From NCBI GenBank assembly GCA_900316235.1, contig ONCC01000012.1:15469-79468 (forward strand): a stretch of 64,000 nt of DNA, in the 5' to 3' direction. The notes below the pieces were generated by a model, which saw nothing but the letters and a program-made list of their open reading frames with translations, searched no databases and was not told where the DNA came from. Each line of letters opens with the position of its first letter. Position 1 is the stretch's first letter. Shown in pieces: positions 18,233 to 27,515 of this stretch. The DNA is from an uncultured Bacteroidales bacterium (GTDB lineage: Bacteria > Bacteroidota > Bacteroidia > Bacteroidales > P3). The translations under genes were made by a program, and so were the position numbers.

Positions 18233-18871
18233 ATGAAGAAAACCTTATTACTGATGGCAGCTGCCGCCATGCTCTTCGGCGCCTGCTGCGAGAAACAAGA
18301 GGCCACACCGGTCAACACTGCCGACGTGGTGATGCAGAACATCCTCAACCGCAAGAGCGTGCGCTCCTACAACGGCGAGGCTATCCCCGACACGGTGATG
18401 CAGAACATTCTTCGTGCCGCCATGTCGGCCCCCACGGGCATGGACATCCGCCCCTGGCAATTCGTGGTGCTCACCGACAAGAGCCAGTATGAGACCATCT
18501 TCGAGGGCAACGGCAACATGAAGAAGTTCATGGAGAGCGGCGCCATCGTCGTGGTGTGTGCCGACACCACCGTGACGCGTCCCACGCGCGAGAATCCCGA
18601 CGGTCCCGCCGTCACGAGTCCCAACCCCATGTGGCGCGACGATGTGGCTGCCGCCACGGAGAACCTGCTGTTGGCTGTCGAGGCCTACGGTCTTGGTGCC
18701 TGCTGGACGGCCTGTTACCCCTTCCCGAACACCATGGCTCCCGTGAAGAAAGGCCTGGGTCTGCCCGCGGAAGTGATACCCTATGCCGTGGTGCCCATCG
18801 GATACCACGACGGCACAGCGCAGCCGAAGGACAAGTGGGATCCCGCCCGCATTCACAACGGACGTTGGTAA
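18233..18871 (+). CDS. nitroreductase family protein (lipoprotein signal)
   Basis: RKSVRSY, APTGMDIRPWQFVV and LLLAVEAYGLGACW are the nitroreductase fold signature. Confidence 0.8.
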   Translation: MKKTLLLMAAAAMLFGACCEKQEATPVNTADVVMQNILNRKSVRSYNGEAIPDTVMQNILRAAMSAPTGMDIRPWQFVVLTDKSQYETIFEGNGNMKKFMESGAIVVVCADTTVTRPTRENPDGPAVTSPNPMWRDDVAAATENLLLAVEAYGLGACWTACYPFPNTMAPVKKGLGLPAEVIPYAVVPIGYHDGTAQPKDKWDPARIHNGRW

Positions 18872-18886
18872 ACCATCAGGAAAACA

Positions 18887-18924
18887 GAAAGCCCCCTCGG
18901 AGAATACCGAGGGGGCTTTCTTTG
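18887..18924. terminator. bidirectional stem-loop between the nitroreductase gene and tRNA-Ala
   Basis: Perfect 14-bp stem GAAAGCCCCCTCGG-AGAATA-CCGAGGGGGCTTTC followed by TTTG. Confidence 0.7.
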
Positions 18925-18997
18925 TGGAGTAGATGGGACTCGAACCCACTACCTTTTGATTGCGAACCAAATGCTCTACCAGATGAGCTACTACCCC
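18925..18997 (-). tRNA. tRNA-Ala (anticodon CGC)
   Basis: Reverse complement GGGGTAGTAGCTCATCTGGTAGAGCATTTGGTTCGCAATCAAAAGGTAGTGGGTTCGAGTCCCATCTACTCCA folds as a cloverleaf with the G3:U70 Ala identity pair and loop TTCGCAA. CCA is not encoded. Confidence 0.9.
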
Positions 18998-19042
18998 GAG
19001 GTTCCTTTATCAAAAAAGGGCCGTTTTTGCGACCCTCTTTTG

Positions 19043-19116
<74 letters not shown>

Positions 19117-19140
19117 ATTTGACTCTCATGAAATCGGGTG

Positions 19141-19148
19141 CAAAAGTA
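19141..19148 (-). promoter_or_regulatory. -7 box (TACTTTTG, minus strand) for the tRNA-Ala pair
   Basis: Plus strand reads CAAAAGTA, 25 nt upstream of the tRNA 5' end (19116). Confidence 0.5.
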
Positions 19149-19182
19149 CAACCTTTTTCCGATATGACAAAATTTTTTTGAA

Positions 19183-19210
19183 TTAAAAATTAAGAATTAA
19201 AAATTAAGAA
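19183..19210. repeat. 14-nt perfect tandem duplication TTAAAAATTAAGAA x2
   Basis: Read directly from the sequence; lies in the AT-rich spacer between the prsW stop and the tRNA-Ala promoter. Confidence 0.7.
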
Positions 19211-19245
19211 TTATTTATCAGATAGTTATGGGTTAAAAATTTTTT

Positions 19246-20013
19246 TTAGAGAATATCCCATTTGAAGCCGTCGAAGGGATGCTGGCGGTCGAAATTTTGC
19301 TCTTTTGACCTCTCCTGTAAGCGTTTGATCCGTTTCATGCCCCAACGCCACATAAGTATGTCGAAAACAATGAATACCAGCATCAGAATACCCGAGACAA
19401 TCACACCGATGGTTTCCTCGTCGCCACCACCCTTGGTCAAGGCGTCGCTGACCATTAGTAGGGCATCATAGGTGCCATGCAGGAGCATGGGATAAAGCAG
19501 GGCATGGAAGAGGTGGGTGCGACGGTTAGGGGTATCGAACTTGGCCAGCGAAAGGTGGTAGCCCATGATGATGGCAAAGAGGAAATGTGCTGGCACTGCC
19601 AGTAGACCGCGCGTAAAGGCGATGCTCATCGGGTCGCTGCTCGAGAACACATACAGGATGTTCTCCAGGCAAGCGAAACCCAGCGAGAGGAAGACAGCAT
19701 AGACGATGCCATCGAAATATTCGTCGAAATAGGGACTCTTCCAGATGACCCACAGCAGGAGCAGCAGTTTGCAAAGTTCCTCGCTGAAACCCGCCACTAC
19801 ATAGCCATTGAAGATGGCACCGGCCACAGGATGGGATGGAGAAAAAGCACCGAGGACAAACTCCATCAAAGAAGCAGGAAGCGTGCTCAGACAGCCCACG
19901 ATAAAGACCCAAATCAGTTTACCCAGCGGTTCCGGCTGGAGTTTGTCTTTTCGATAGATGAAAATCAAAAGGATAAGTACCGGCAACACGGCCGAAATAA
20001 AGGTAATGTTCAT
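19246..20013 (-). CDS. PrsW-family intramembrane metalloprotease
   Basis: 255 aa polytopic protein with GFSEELCKLLLL (EExxK) and HGTYDALL (HxxxD), the motifs of the PrsW family. Confidence 0.75.
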   Translation of the reverse strand: MNITFISAVLPVLILLIFIYRKDKLQPEPLGKLIWVFIVGCLSTLPASLMEFVLGAFSPSHPVAGAIFNGYVVAGFSEELCKLLLLLWVIWKSPYFDEYFDGIVYAVFLSLGFACLENILYVFSSSDPMSIAFTRGLLAVPAHFLFAIIMGYHLSLAKFDTPNRRTHLFHALLYPMLLHGTYDALLMVSDALTKGGGDEETIGVIVSGILMLVFIVFDILMWRWGMKRIKRLQERSKEQNFDRQHPFDGFKWDIL

Positions 20014-20984
20014 GATATGATTGTCTGAGTGTTATCCGATTGCATGTAATATGATCCCTGCCGGGTGCCACGCTGTGCAAGTTCGGCCTCCACCAAGGCG
20101 GGGATTTCTTCGTTACGCAGCAAACGGCCGTCCTTGCGGCGGAAACTACGTTCGGGACAGGCCTGGTAGCGTGGCGGCACCTCGCCAGCCAGGCGCTCCA
20201 CCACGAGGTCGGGCCGCAAGCGCTCCAAAAGGTCACACACCAAAGAGATATACTCGTCGAGCGAAAATTGCAGCAGTGTCTTTCTGAATGCCTCGTCCTG
20301 GTACTGACGTTCCATCTCCGTACCGCGGAGAATTTGCAATTGGTGGAATTTAACTGTGGTGAGCGGTAGCGAATTGACGATGTCGGCTTCCGTCAGCAGG
20401 TCATCTCGGCGTTCGCCGGGGAGACCCAAGATGAGGTGCCCACCCACAGGGAGTCCGCGTTCAGCGGTGGCACGGATAGCATGCTCCGTGCAAGCAAAGT
20501 CGTGACCACGTTTGATGGCCTTGAGCGTACGGTCGTAGCAGCTCTCAATACCGTATTCCACTGCCACATAGCACCTCTTGGCGTATTCTTCCAGCAAGTC
20601 GAGCACTTGTTCGTCGACGCAGTCGGGCCGAGTCCCGATTACCAACCCCACCACTCCCTCGTGGCGCAACGCCTCGTCATAGCGCCCACGCAGCACCTCA
20701 AGAGGTGCATAGGTATTGCTATAGGCCTGAAAATAGGCCAGGTATACCGGCGCCGAGCGATAGCGGTGGCGATGGAAAGCGATGCCCTCGTCGAGTTGCT
20801 CTGTGATGGTCGCCACACGGCGACAATAAGAGGGGTTGAAAGCCTCGTTGGTGCAAAAAGTGCAGCCGCCAGTACCACAGCGCCCGTCCCGATTGGGGCA
20901 GCTGAAACCGCCGTCGACCGACAATTTCTGCACCCGCGTGCCGAACTTGGAGCGGAAATAGTTACTATAAGCGTTGTAGCGCAT
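20010..20984 (-). CDS. TIGR01212-type radical SAM protein
   Basis: The N-terminus YFRSKFGTRVQKLSVDGGFSCPNRDGRCGTGGCTFC is the characteristic YhcC/TIGR01212 opening. 4-nt overlap with prsW. Confidence 0.85.
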   Translation of the reverse strand: MRYNAYSNYFRSKFGTRVQKLSVDGGFSCPNRDGRCGTGGCTFCTNEAFNPSYCRRVATITEQLDEGIAFHRHRYRSAPVYLAYFQAYSNTYAPLEVLRGRYDEALRHEGVVGLVIGTRPDCVDEQVLDLLEEYAKRCYVAVEYGIESCYDRTLKAIKRGHDFACTEHAIRATAERGLPVGGHLILGLPGERRDDLLTEADIVNSLPLTTVKFHQLQILRGTEMERQYQDEAFRKTLLQFSLDEYISLVCDLLERLRPDLVVERLAGEVPPRYQACPERSFRRKDGRLLRNEEIPALVEAELAQRGTRQGSYYMQSDNTQTIIS

Positions 20985-21007
20985 GAATAGCGACCTGGTT
21001 TTGACTG

Positions 21008-21015
21008 CAAAAATA
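21008..21015 (-). promoter_or_regulatory. -7 box (TATTTTTG, minus strand) for the radical-SAM/prsW operon
   Basis: Plus strand reads CAAAAATA, 24 nt upstream of ATG 20984. Confidence 0.45.
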
Positions 21016-21045
21016 CGAATAAATTTTCAATTGGATTTTTTTTTG

Positions 21046-21053
21046 TATTTTTG
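21046..21053 (+). promoter_or_regulatory. -7 box (TATTTTTG) for cysS
   Basis: Exact TAnnTTTG, 21 nt upstream of ATG 21074. Confidence 0.45.
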
Positions 21054-21073
21054 CATTTTTAAAATATAGAACC

Positions 21074-22558
21074 ATGGAGCAACAATTATTAATATACAAT
21101 ACGTTAAGTCGACAGAAAGAACTCTTCCGCCCACTGACCGAGGGGCGTGTGGGCATGTATGTCTGCGGTCCGACGGTCTACGGCGACGGCCATCTGGGCC
21201 ATGCCCGTCCCGCCATCACCTTCGACGTGGTCTTCCGCTATCTCAGCCACCTCGGCTACAAGGTACGCTATGTGCGCAACATCACCGACGTGGGACACCT
21301 GGAGCATGACGCCGACGAGGGCGAGGACAAGATTGCCAAGAAGGCACGCCTCGAACAGCTCGAACCCATGGAGGTGGCGCAGTACTATACCAACCGCTAC
21401 CATGCTGCCATGGAGAAACTCAACGTGCTGCCCCCCAGCATCGAGCCCCACGCCAGCGGCCACATCATCGAGCAGATAGCCCTTGTACAACAGATTCTCG
21501 ACGCTGGTTTCGCCTACGTGAGCAACGGCAGCGTCTATTTCGACGTGCGCAAATATCAGGAAGAGACCCATAAATATGGTCAGCTGAGCGGCCGTGTCAT
21601 CGAGGAGATGCTTGCCACCACGCGCGAACTTGATGGTCAGGAGGAGAAACGCTTCCCGGGCGACTTCGCCCTGTGGAAAAAAGCTGCCCCCGAGCATATC
21701 ATGCGGTGGCCCTCGCCCTGGAGCGACGGCTTCCCCGGCTGGCATGCCGAGTGCACCGCCATGGGTGCCAAGTACCTCGGCTCGCCCTTCGACATCCACG
21801 GCGGCGGCATGGACCTCGTCTTCCCACACCACGAGAGCGAGATAGCACAGTGCGTAGCCTCCACCGGCCACACACCCTGCCGCTACTGGATGCATAACAA
21901 CATGATTACCATCAACGGCCAGAAGATGGGCAAGTCACTGGGTAACTTCATCACCCTCGACGAGTTCTTCACCGGCAGTCACAAAGACAAGGACGGCAAG
22001 GAGATGCTTGAGCAAGCCTATTCTCCCATGACTATCCGTTTCTTCATCCTCCAGGCCCACTACCGCAGCACCGTCGACTTCAGCAATGAGGCCTTGCAAG
22101 CCTCCGAAAAAGGTTTCACCAAACTGATGGAAGCCTACAAGACGTTGTCGCGCCTACAGCCAGCCAAAGAAAGTGGTGCCGACGTGAACAAATACCGCAC
22201 GCTCTGCTATGAGGCCATGAACGACGACTTCAACACACCCATCGTCATCAGTCACCTCTTCGACGCTGCCCGCATCATCAACCAGGCCAACGACGGCAAG
22301 CTGAAACTCACACAGGCCGACATCGACGAACTGAAGGGCGTCTTCGACACCTTCCTGTTCGACATCCTCGGCATGAAAGACGAGGCCGCGAGTGACAACA
22401 CCGCTCTCATCGACGGTTTGATGCACATCATCCTCGACATCCGTGCCACCGCCAAAACCAACAAGGACTGGGCCACCAGCGACAAAATCCGCGATGCCCT
22501 CAACGCTGCCGGCGTCACCGTAAAAGATGGAAAGGACGGTGCTACCTATAGCTTCTGA
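21074..22558 (+). CDS. cysS: cysteine--tRNA ligase
   Basis: 494 aa with class-I HIGH ([10 protein letters not shown]) and KMSKS (QKMGKSLGN) motifs, plus the Zn/Cys-binding WHAECTAM block. Confidence 0.95.
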   Translation: MEQQLLIYNTLSRQKELFRPLTEGRVGMYVCGPTVYGDGHLGHARPAITFDVVFRYLSHLGYKVRYVRNITDVGHLEHDADEGEDKIAKKARLEQLEPMEVAQYYTNRYHAAMEKLNVLPPSIEPHASGHIIEQIALVQQILDAGFAYVSNGSVYFDVRKYQEETHKYGQLSGRVIEEMLATTRELDGQEEKRFPGDFALWKKAAPEHIMRWPSPWSDGFPGWHAECTAMGAKYLGSPFDIHGGGMDLVFPHHESEIAQCVASTGHTPCRYWMHNNMITINGQKMGKSLGNFITLDEFFTGSHKDKDGKEMLEQAYSPMTIRFFILQAHYRSTVDFSNEALQASEKGFTKLMEAYKTLSRLQPAKESGADVNKYRTLCYEAMNDDFNTPIVISHLFDAARIINQANDGKLKLTQADIDELKGVFDTFLFDILGMKDEAASDNTALIDGLMHIILDIRATAKTNKDWATSDKIRDALNAAGVTVKDGKDGATYSF

Positions 22559-22562
22559 TGCC

Positions 22563-23021
22563 ATGAAGAAGATAACCCTCCTCCTACTTGGCATCATAGC
22601 CTTCACTGCCTGCTCCAAGGAGCCGCCTGCCGACAAAATCAAAGGCTCCTACGGCTGCAATGTGAACCTCTACACCCGCTACATGAAAAACGGGAAATGG
22701 CGCGACACCTCCTATGTCTCCACAACTAACAACGCTGTGGTTCTGGAGAAAATCGACGAAAACACCGTCTCCGTCAAGGCCACATCCAAGAAATGGGGCG
22801 AAGCCATTTGCACTGCCGCCAAAATCTCCGATTTTAACTATGAGGCCAACTTTTCGGGCAACGGCAACGACACCCTCTATGTCAACGGGAAAAAATATGT
22901 CGCCGACATCTCGGGGACCGTCAGCTACGACTCCCGCTCCATGGCAGTCTCTGTCCGTGTGCCCAATTTCCCTAATTCGGGAGGAAAATATATCTTAGCA
23001 TTCACAAATACAAGTTATTAA
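22563..23021 (+). CDS. hypothetical lipoprotein
   Basis: Start taken at MKKITLLLLGIIAFTACSKE (lipobox) inside track ORF 22527..23021. Confidence 0.5.
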   Translation: MKKITLLLLGIIAFTACSKEPPADKIKGSYGCNVNLYTRYMKNGKWRDTSYVSTTNNAVVLEKIDENTVSVKATSKKWGEAICTAAKISDFNYEANFSGNGNDTLYVNGKKYVADISGTVSYDSRSMAVSVRVPNFPNSGGKYILAFTNTSY

Positions 23022-23022
23022 T

Positions 23023-23730
23023 ATGAAAAAATCAGACTGGATTCTTATCTTGTGCGTCATCGTCGTGCTGGCACCGTTTTTTATTCAGGCCACGGGGTTC
23101 TTCGCCTGGTTCTGCGCCGCCACCGCAGCGCACCCCTACATCATGGCCTTCTTTAAGTTTGCCATCCTCGCCACCCTTGGTGAGATGCTGGCTCTCCGCA
23201 TCCGTGAAGGCGTCTACAATAAAAAAGGCTTCGGCGTAGCCCCACGCATGATTGTGTGGGGTTTCCTCGGTATGGCCATCGCCATGTCCATGGTCATCTT
23301 CAAGGTCGGCGTCCCGGCCTTCCTCGAGACCGTGGGTGGCTGTGAGAAGGGCTCGCTGGCTACCATCTTCGCCGCACCCGAACTTACGTGGGGTAAGGTG
23401 GGTATTGCCTTCGCCGTCAGCGTGCTGATGAACAGCATCTTCGCCCCCGTGATGATGACCTTCCACAAGTGCACCGATATCCACATCACTGACAATGGCG
23501 GCACCATAGCTGGCCTACTGCGTCCGATAAAAATGCGCGAAATCATGAGCAAGAAGGTCAATTGGGACGTGCAGTGGAACCTTGTCATCAAAAAGACCAT
23601 CCCCCTCTTCTGGTTCCCGATGCACACCATCACCTTCATCCTGCCTCCCACCTTCCAAGTGCTCTTTGCCGCTCTACTGGGTGTTGCACTGGGCCTCATA
23701 TTGGCTCTTGCCGGAGAAAGCAAGAAATGA
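23023..23730 (+). CDS. hypothetical polytopic membrane protein
   Basis: 235 aa with about six hydrophobic helices. No family recognised. ATGA overlap with the next gene. Confidence 0.5.
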   Translation: MKKSDWILILCVIVVLAPFFIQATGFFAWFCAATAAHPYIMAFFKFAILATLGEMLALRIREGVYNKKGFGVAPRMIVWGFLGMAIAMSMVIFKVGVPAFLETVGGCEKGSLATIFAAPELTWGKVGIAFAVSVLMNSIFAPVMMTFHKCTDIHITDNGGTIAGLLRPIKMREIMSKKVNWDVQWNLVIKKTIPLFWFPMHTITFILPPTFQVLFAALLGVALGLILALAGESKK

Positions 23731-24917
23731 AGAAGGCAATAGTTTTTGTTGGAGTATTCGGAATACTCGGAGTATTCAAAGTACTCCGAGCCCAGTCTTC
23801 TTTCTCTCTCGACTGGCACGGTTTCGTCAATCCCCACTACTATGCCGACAGCCGCTCTGTCGTGGGTGGCCGCGAGGACATGATGCTCTTCTTCCCCAAA
23901 CCCATCCTACGTGACAGCCTCGGCAACGACCTCAACGACGGCTGGCAGGCCGACATGCTGGCCATCACCGCCCGCCTCGGGCTCAAAATCACCGGCCCCG
24001 AGATGCTGGGAGCAAAGACCTCCGCCTATATCGAGGGCGACTTCACCGGTAGCACCAACGCTACCATCAACGACCTGCGCTTGCGTCACGCCTACATCAC
24101 CCTCGACTGGGGCCACCACAAGCTCCTCGCCGGCCAGTACTGGTACGCGATGGTCATCCATGAAATCATGCCCATGACCAACCCGTTGAACATGGGGTCT
24201 CCTTTCCATTGCTACGCCCGTCAGCCGCAGGTGCGCCACGAGTATCACCTCGACGCCTTCGAGGCTGTCGCAGTGGCACAATGGCAACTCGACAATATGA
24301 GCCAAGGCTTATTGAACGGTGTTCCCACCTCCAGCACCCTCTTCGCTCGCCACAGTATGATTCCCGAGCTCAACTTCCAGCTGCGCTACAACACCGGAAA
24401 CCTCTTTTTCGGTGCCGCCGTGAATGTGAAAACTATTCAACCCATGGTTCAGACTGTTGCATCCGCGGTGCAACCCTCTCAGAAAAAGCACTCCTCGCTC
24501 ACCTACTCCGTTTTTGGAAAAGTCAATCTCGGTGAGGTCACCCTCAAAGCCCAGACTTTGCTGAACAACAGCCTCTATGAGGGTTGCTCGCTGGGCGGCT
24601 ACCTCATGCTGGCCGACGGCTCCTTTGAGGACTGGCACTTCAACACCGTGTGGCTCGACATCGAGCGCAACAGCGGCCATTGGCGTCCCGGCATCTTCCT
24701 TGGTTTCGCCAAGAACCTCGACTACGGCAATACCGACTTCGTCCATTGTTTCGGCCGCGGACACGACATGAAATACCTCTGGCGTATCCAGCCCCGTCTC
24801 ACCTATACCACCGGCAATGGCCTCTCTTTCACCGGCGAAGCCGAATACACTCGCGCCGGCTATTCCGACCCCGTGGGCAACCTCCGCCTCTCCCTCAGTA
24901 TGACCTATGCTTTTTAA
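23729..24917 (+). CDS. outer-membrane beta-barrel (porin-like) protein, hypothetical
   Basis: Start at MKKAIVFVGVFGILGVFKVLRAQ inside track ORF 23562..24917. Alternating beta-strand pattern and a terminal aromatic residue (SMTYAF). Confidence 0.55.
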
Positions 24918-24939
24918 TCGACTAAAACTATATTCATCC

Positions 24940-25758
24940 ATGAAAAAAGCGATTCATTTCTTTGCTGTCGCAAGCTTGATTCTCACCTTTCATTCTTCAC
25001 TCTTTTCCTCCGCTTCAGCACAAAAGTCAAACTGGTCATTCTTTTTGGGAGGAAGCTATGCCATAGGAGACTTCGGCGATGTGGACATTAAAAACAACGA
25101 CTGGGCGCTTATCTCTCCCAATAGCACCAAGGGTGGTGCCGGCCTAGGCTTTGACCTCGGCATCTCCTATCTCAAACCACTAGGCAATGGCAAAACCTCA
25201 CTCCTCCTAAGTGTTGATTTCCTCTACTCCTTTGTCAATACCTCTGTCAGGAATAATATCCGCAACTTGCAGGTCGAAGCCTCCAATGTCTTCCAAAAAG
25301 CAGAATTCACCAACCCCAGTTTCATGAATATGCCCATCCTCGCCGGACTTCACCACGAAGAATCTATCGGCGGCAATTTCAAAGCCTACTTCGAGGCCCA
25401 GTTGGGTATCGCCCTGCGATGGATCAACGACCGCAGCGGCGAGCTGAGAGGGGCTTCCGCGCCGTTTACAATAGGTCCCTGGGATAACCTGACCGACTAT
25501 AGCTATACGGACCATTTCTACAGCACCCCGGGATTGGCCTTCCGCATTGCCGTCGGCATGGTGATGGAAGAACACTGGCTCGTCGATTTTGGATTCCTCT
25601 ACCTGGGGAAATTCAATCTGGAGGGCTACGAGGACTATGAGATAACCACTGCTGCCGCCTATCTCACCCCGAGTGTCACCTCCAACGGGAGTGCCGGATT
25701 TAGTGCCGGTACAATCAACCCCTTGATGCTGGTCCTAAGGTTAGGCTATCGTTTATGA
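24940..25758 (+). CDS. outer-membrane beta-barrel protein, hypothetical
   Basis: Start at MKKAIHFFAVASLIL. Signal peptide ends ASA-Q. Amphipathic strands and the C-terminal LVLRLGYRL. Confidence 0.5.
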   Translation: MKKAIHFFAVASLILTFHSSLFSSASAQKSNWSFFLGGSYAIGDFGDVDIKNNDWALISPNSTKGGAGLGFDLGISYLKPLGNGKTSLLLSVDFLYSFVNTSVRNNIRNLQVEASNVFQKAEFTNPSFMNMPILAGLHHEESIGGNFKAYFEAQLGIALRWINDRSGELRGASAPFTIGPWDNLTDYSYTDHFYSTPGLAFRIAVGMVMEEHWLVDFGFLYLGKFNLEGYEDYEITTAAAYLTPSVTSNGSAGFSAGTINPLMLVLRLGYRL

Positions 25759-26696
25759 AAATCAACTATCATACCCATAGCAGCTACTGCGACGGAAAGG
25801 CCACGCCACGCGAGATGGTGGATTTCGCTGTGGCACATAGGTTCACCGAACTGGGCTTCAGCGGCCATTGTCCGCTGCCGTTTGAAAACACCTTCTCCAT
25901 CACCGACTACGAGGGTTATTGCAACGAAGTGCGTGTTCTGAAGGAGGAATACAAAGACCGCATCAAAATCTACCTAGGCCTCGAGATAGACTATATCCCT
26001 GGCATGCTTGAGGATTTCACTCCCCTGATTGAACAAGGCGGGCTGGAGTACACCATCGGCAGCGTACATCTAATACCATCCCCGTTCACACACTCCTCAG
26101 ACAGCCCTAATCGGGCTGCCAGCTCCCCTAACTTAGGGGAGCAGCTAGATAGCATTCTCGGCTCCCCCTCTAAGTTAGAGGGGGTGGACGCCCATAGGGC
26201 GGACGGGGGCGTGTGTACGGATGAGGATTTGTGGTTCATCGATGGCCCTAGCATGGAACGTTACGACGAAGGACTCTTCCGTCTTTTCGGCGGCGACATT
26301 CGGCGCGGAGTGACGGCCTACTTCCACAACGAGAACGCCATGCTGGAGCGCAACCGCCCCTCCATCGTCGGCCATCCCGACAAGATAGTGATGCACAACC
26401 GTGACCGCTATTTCACTGAGGAAGAAAAGTGGTACCGCGATTTAGCCTTTGAGACCATCCATCTCATTAAGGACCTGGATCTTGTCTGCGAAATCAACAC
26501 TCGCGGCATCTACAAAGGACGTCATGCCGACTACTATCCTGGCAAATGGCTGATACAGGAGATGAAGTTACTACATATCCCAGTGATTGTCAGCACTGAT
26601 GCTCATTCCCCGGAGGATCTCCTCCGCACCGAAGGTGCCTACGAATACCTGCGAGAGATTGAGTATCCCGCGGTGCTACAATCGCTGCCCATCTGA
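25755..26696 (+). CDS. HisJ-family histidinol-phosphatase-like PHP domain protein (carries an in-frame insertion)
   Basis: MKINYHTHSSYCDGKA, GFSGHCP, LGLEIDY, IGSVHLI and VSTDAHSPEDL are PHP/HisJ metal-binding blocks. 313 aa, longer than my recollection of ~260-270 aa for this family. Confidence 0.8.
   Translation: MKINYHTHSSYCDGKATPREMVDFAVAHRFTELGFSGHCPLPFENTFSITDYEGYCNEVRVLKEEYKDRIKIYLGLEIDYIPGMLEDFTPLIEQGGLEYTIGSVHLIPSPFTHSSDSPNRAASSPNLGEQLDSILGSPSKLEGVDAHRADGGVCTDEDLWFIDGPSMERYDEGLFRLFGGDIRRGVTAYFHNENAMLERNRPSIVGHPDKIVMHNRDRYFTEEEKWYRDLAFETIHLIKDLDLVCEINTRGIYKGRHADYYPGKWLIQEMKLLHIPVIVSTDAHSPEDLLRTEGAYEYLREIEYPAVLQSLPI
26102..26201. repeat. four consecutive GC-rich hairpins inside the PHP phosphatase ORF
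   Basis: CAGCCC-TAATC-GGGCTG; GCTCCCCTAA-C-TTAGGGGAGC; CCCCCTCTAA-G-TTAGAGGGGG; CGCCC-ATA-GGGCG. Confidence 0.75.
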
Positions 26697-27104
26697 TACA
26701 ATATCAGCGTGGTCGAAAGCCAGAGGCGGCAATGCAGCAATCGGCCACCAGCGCACCTCGGCGGCATCGTCACCAGCCATAGCTGTCTCATTCCCAACAC
26801 GAACGAAATATGCCGCCGTCACCGTGCGGCCACGCGGGTCGCGACCGGGAGCGCTATAAACACCTATCAGTTGGATGTCTTTCTCGCTGACTTTCAGGTG
26901 CGTCTCCTCCTCCAGCTCGCGCACGGCGCAATGCTCGATGGTCTCGTCCATCTCCATAAATCCTCCCGGCAGGGCCCAGCAGCCTTTATAGGGGTCGTTG
27001 CCCCGGCGGACGAGCAGAACCTCGCCGCGCGAATTGGTCACCATGCAGTCGGCCGTCAGCATCGGCCGAGGATAATCGTATGTATATAAACCCTTTATAC
27101 CCAT
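26676..27104 (-). CDS. NUDIX hydrolase
   Basis: Nudix box GGFMEMDETIEHCAVRELEEETHL. Start set at MGIKGLYTY (27104) because a -7 box at 27127-27134 lies inside the longer track ORF. Confidence 0.8.
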   Translation of the reverse strand: MGIKGLYTYDYPRPMLTADCMVTNSRGEVLLVRRGNDPYKGCWALPGGFMEMDETIEHCAVRELEEETHLKVSEKDIQLIGVYSAPGRDPRGRTVTAAYFVRVGNETAMAGDDAAEVRWWPIAALPPLAFDHADIVSDGQRL

Positions 27105-27126
27105 AATAGCATCTCCTTTCCGACTA

Positions 27127-27134
27127 CAAAGATA
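27127..27134 (-). promoter_or_regulatory. -7 box (TATCTTTG, minus strand) for the NUDIX gene
   Basis: Plus strand reads CAAAGATA, 23 nt upstream of ATG 27104. The same TACAAAGATACAAAA string precedes the gene at 38907. Confidence 0.5.
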
Positions 27135-27190
27135 CAAAAAAAGACCAAATCTCCTCCCGAGTACCCGGAACACCCCCTTCACGAGGGGTC

Positions 27191-27310
27191 AAACTCCTAC
27201 TTTGTACCTACCAACTACCTACCATCTCCTTACCAACTCCTACCACAGTGAGAGATGATAGGTCGTTCATTAAGTTAAATTTCGTCGTTTTAACATTTAT
27301 TAGGAAAGTT
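27191..27310. repeat. CCTACC-decamer/palindrome intergenic repeat element, copy B
   Basis: A 120-nt gapless alignment with 39071-39190 shows 12 mismatches (counted by hand). Confidence 0.85.
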
Positions 27311-27402
27311 CGTCTCTCAGGAACCATAGTATCGCTTTCGCGGAGGAAAAGACGGTTTAATGTTAAAAAAAACTAAAGTTTGCTCACAAATAATAAAAAT
27401 CG

Positions 27403-27410
27403 TATCTTTG
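27403..27410 (+). promoter_or_regulatory. -7 box (TATCTTTG) with -33 TTTG for the 1033 aa T9SS cargo gene
   Basis: TTTG at 27379-27382, a 20-nt spacer, then TATCTTTG. About 100-nt AT-rich leader to ATG 27516. Confidence 0.5.
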
Positions 27411-27515
27411 TTGCTTATAGTATCTGTCCGCCTCTCGATGTGAGATGCAGAGAATGAATATATTAAAACATAAGAAAACAATAATAAAAAGACAAAAATC
27501 TTAAAAAAAACACAC

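Noticed and set aside
27105-27182. Longer N-terminus (MKGVFRVLGRRFGLFLYLCSRKGDAI) for the NUDIX hydrolase.
   Set aside because: A consensus -7 box (27127-27134) lies inside this extension. The internal Met at 27104 gives a normal-length Nudix protein.
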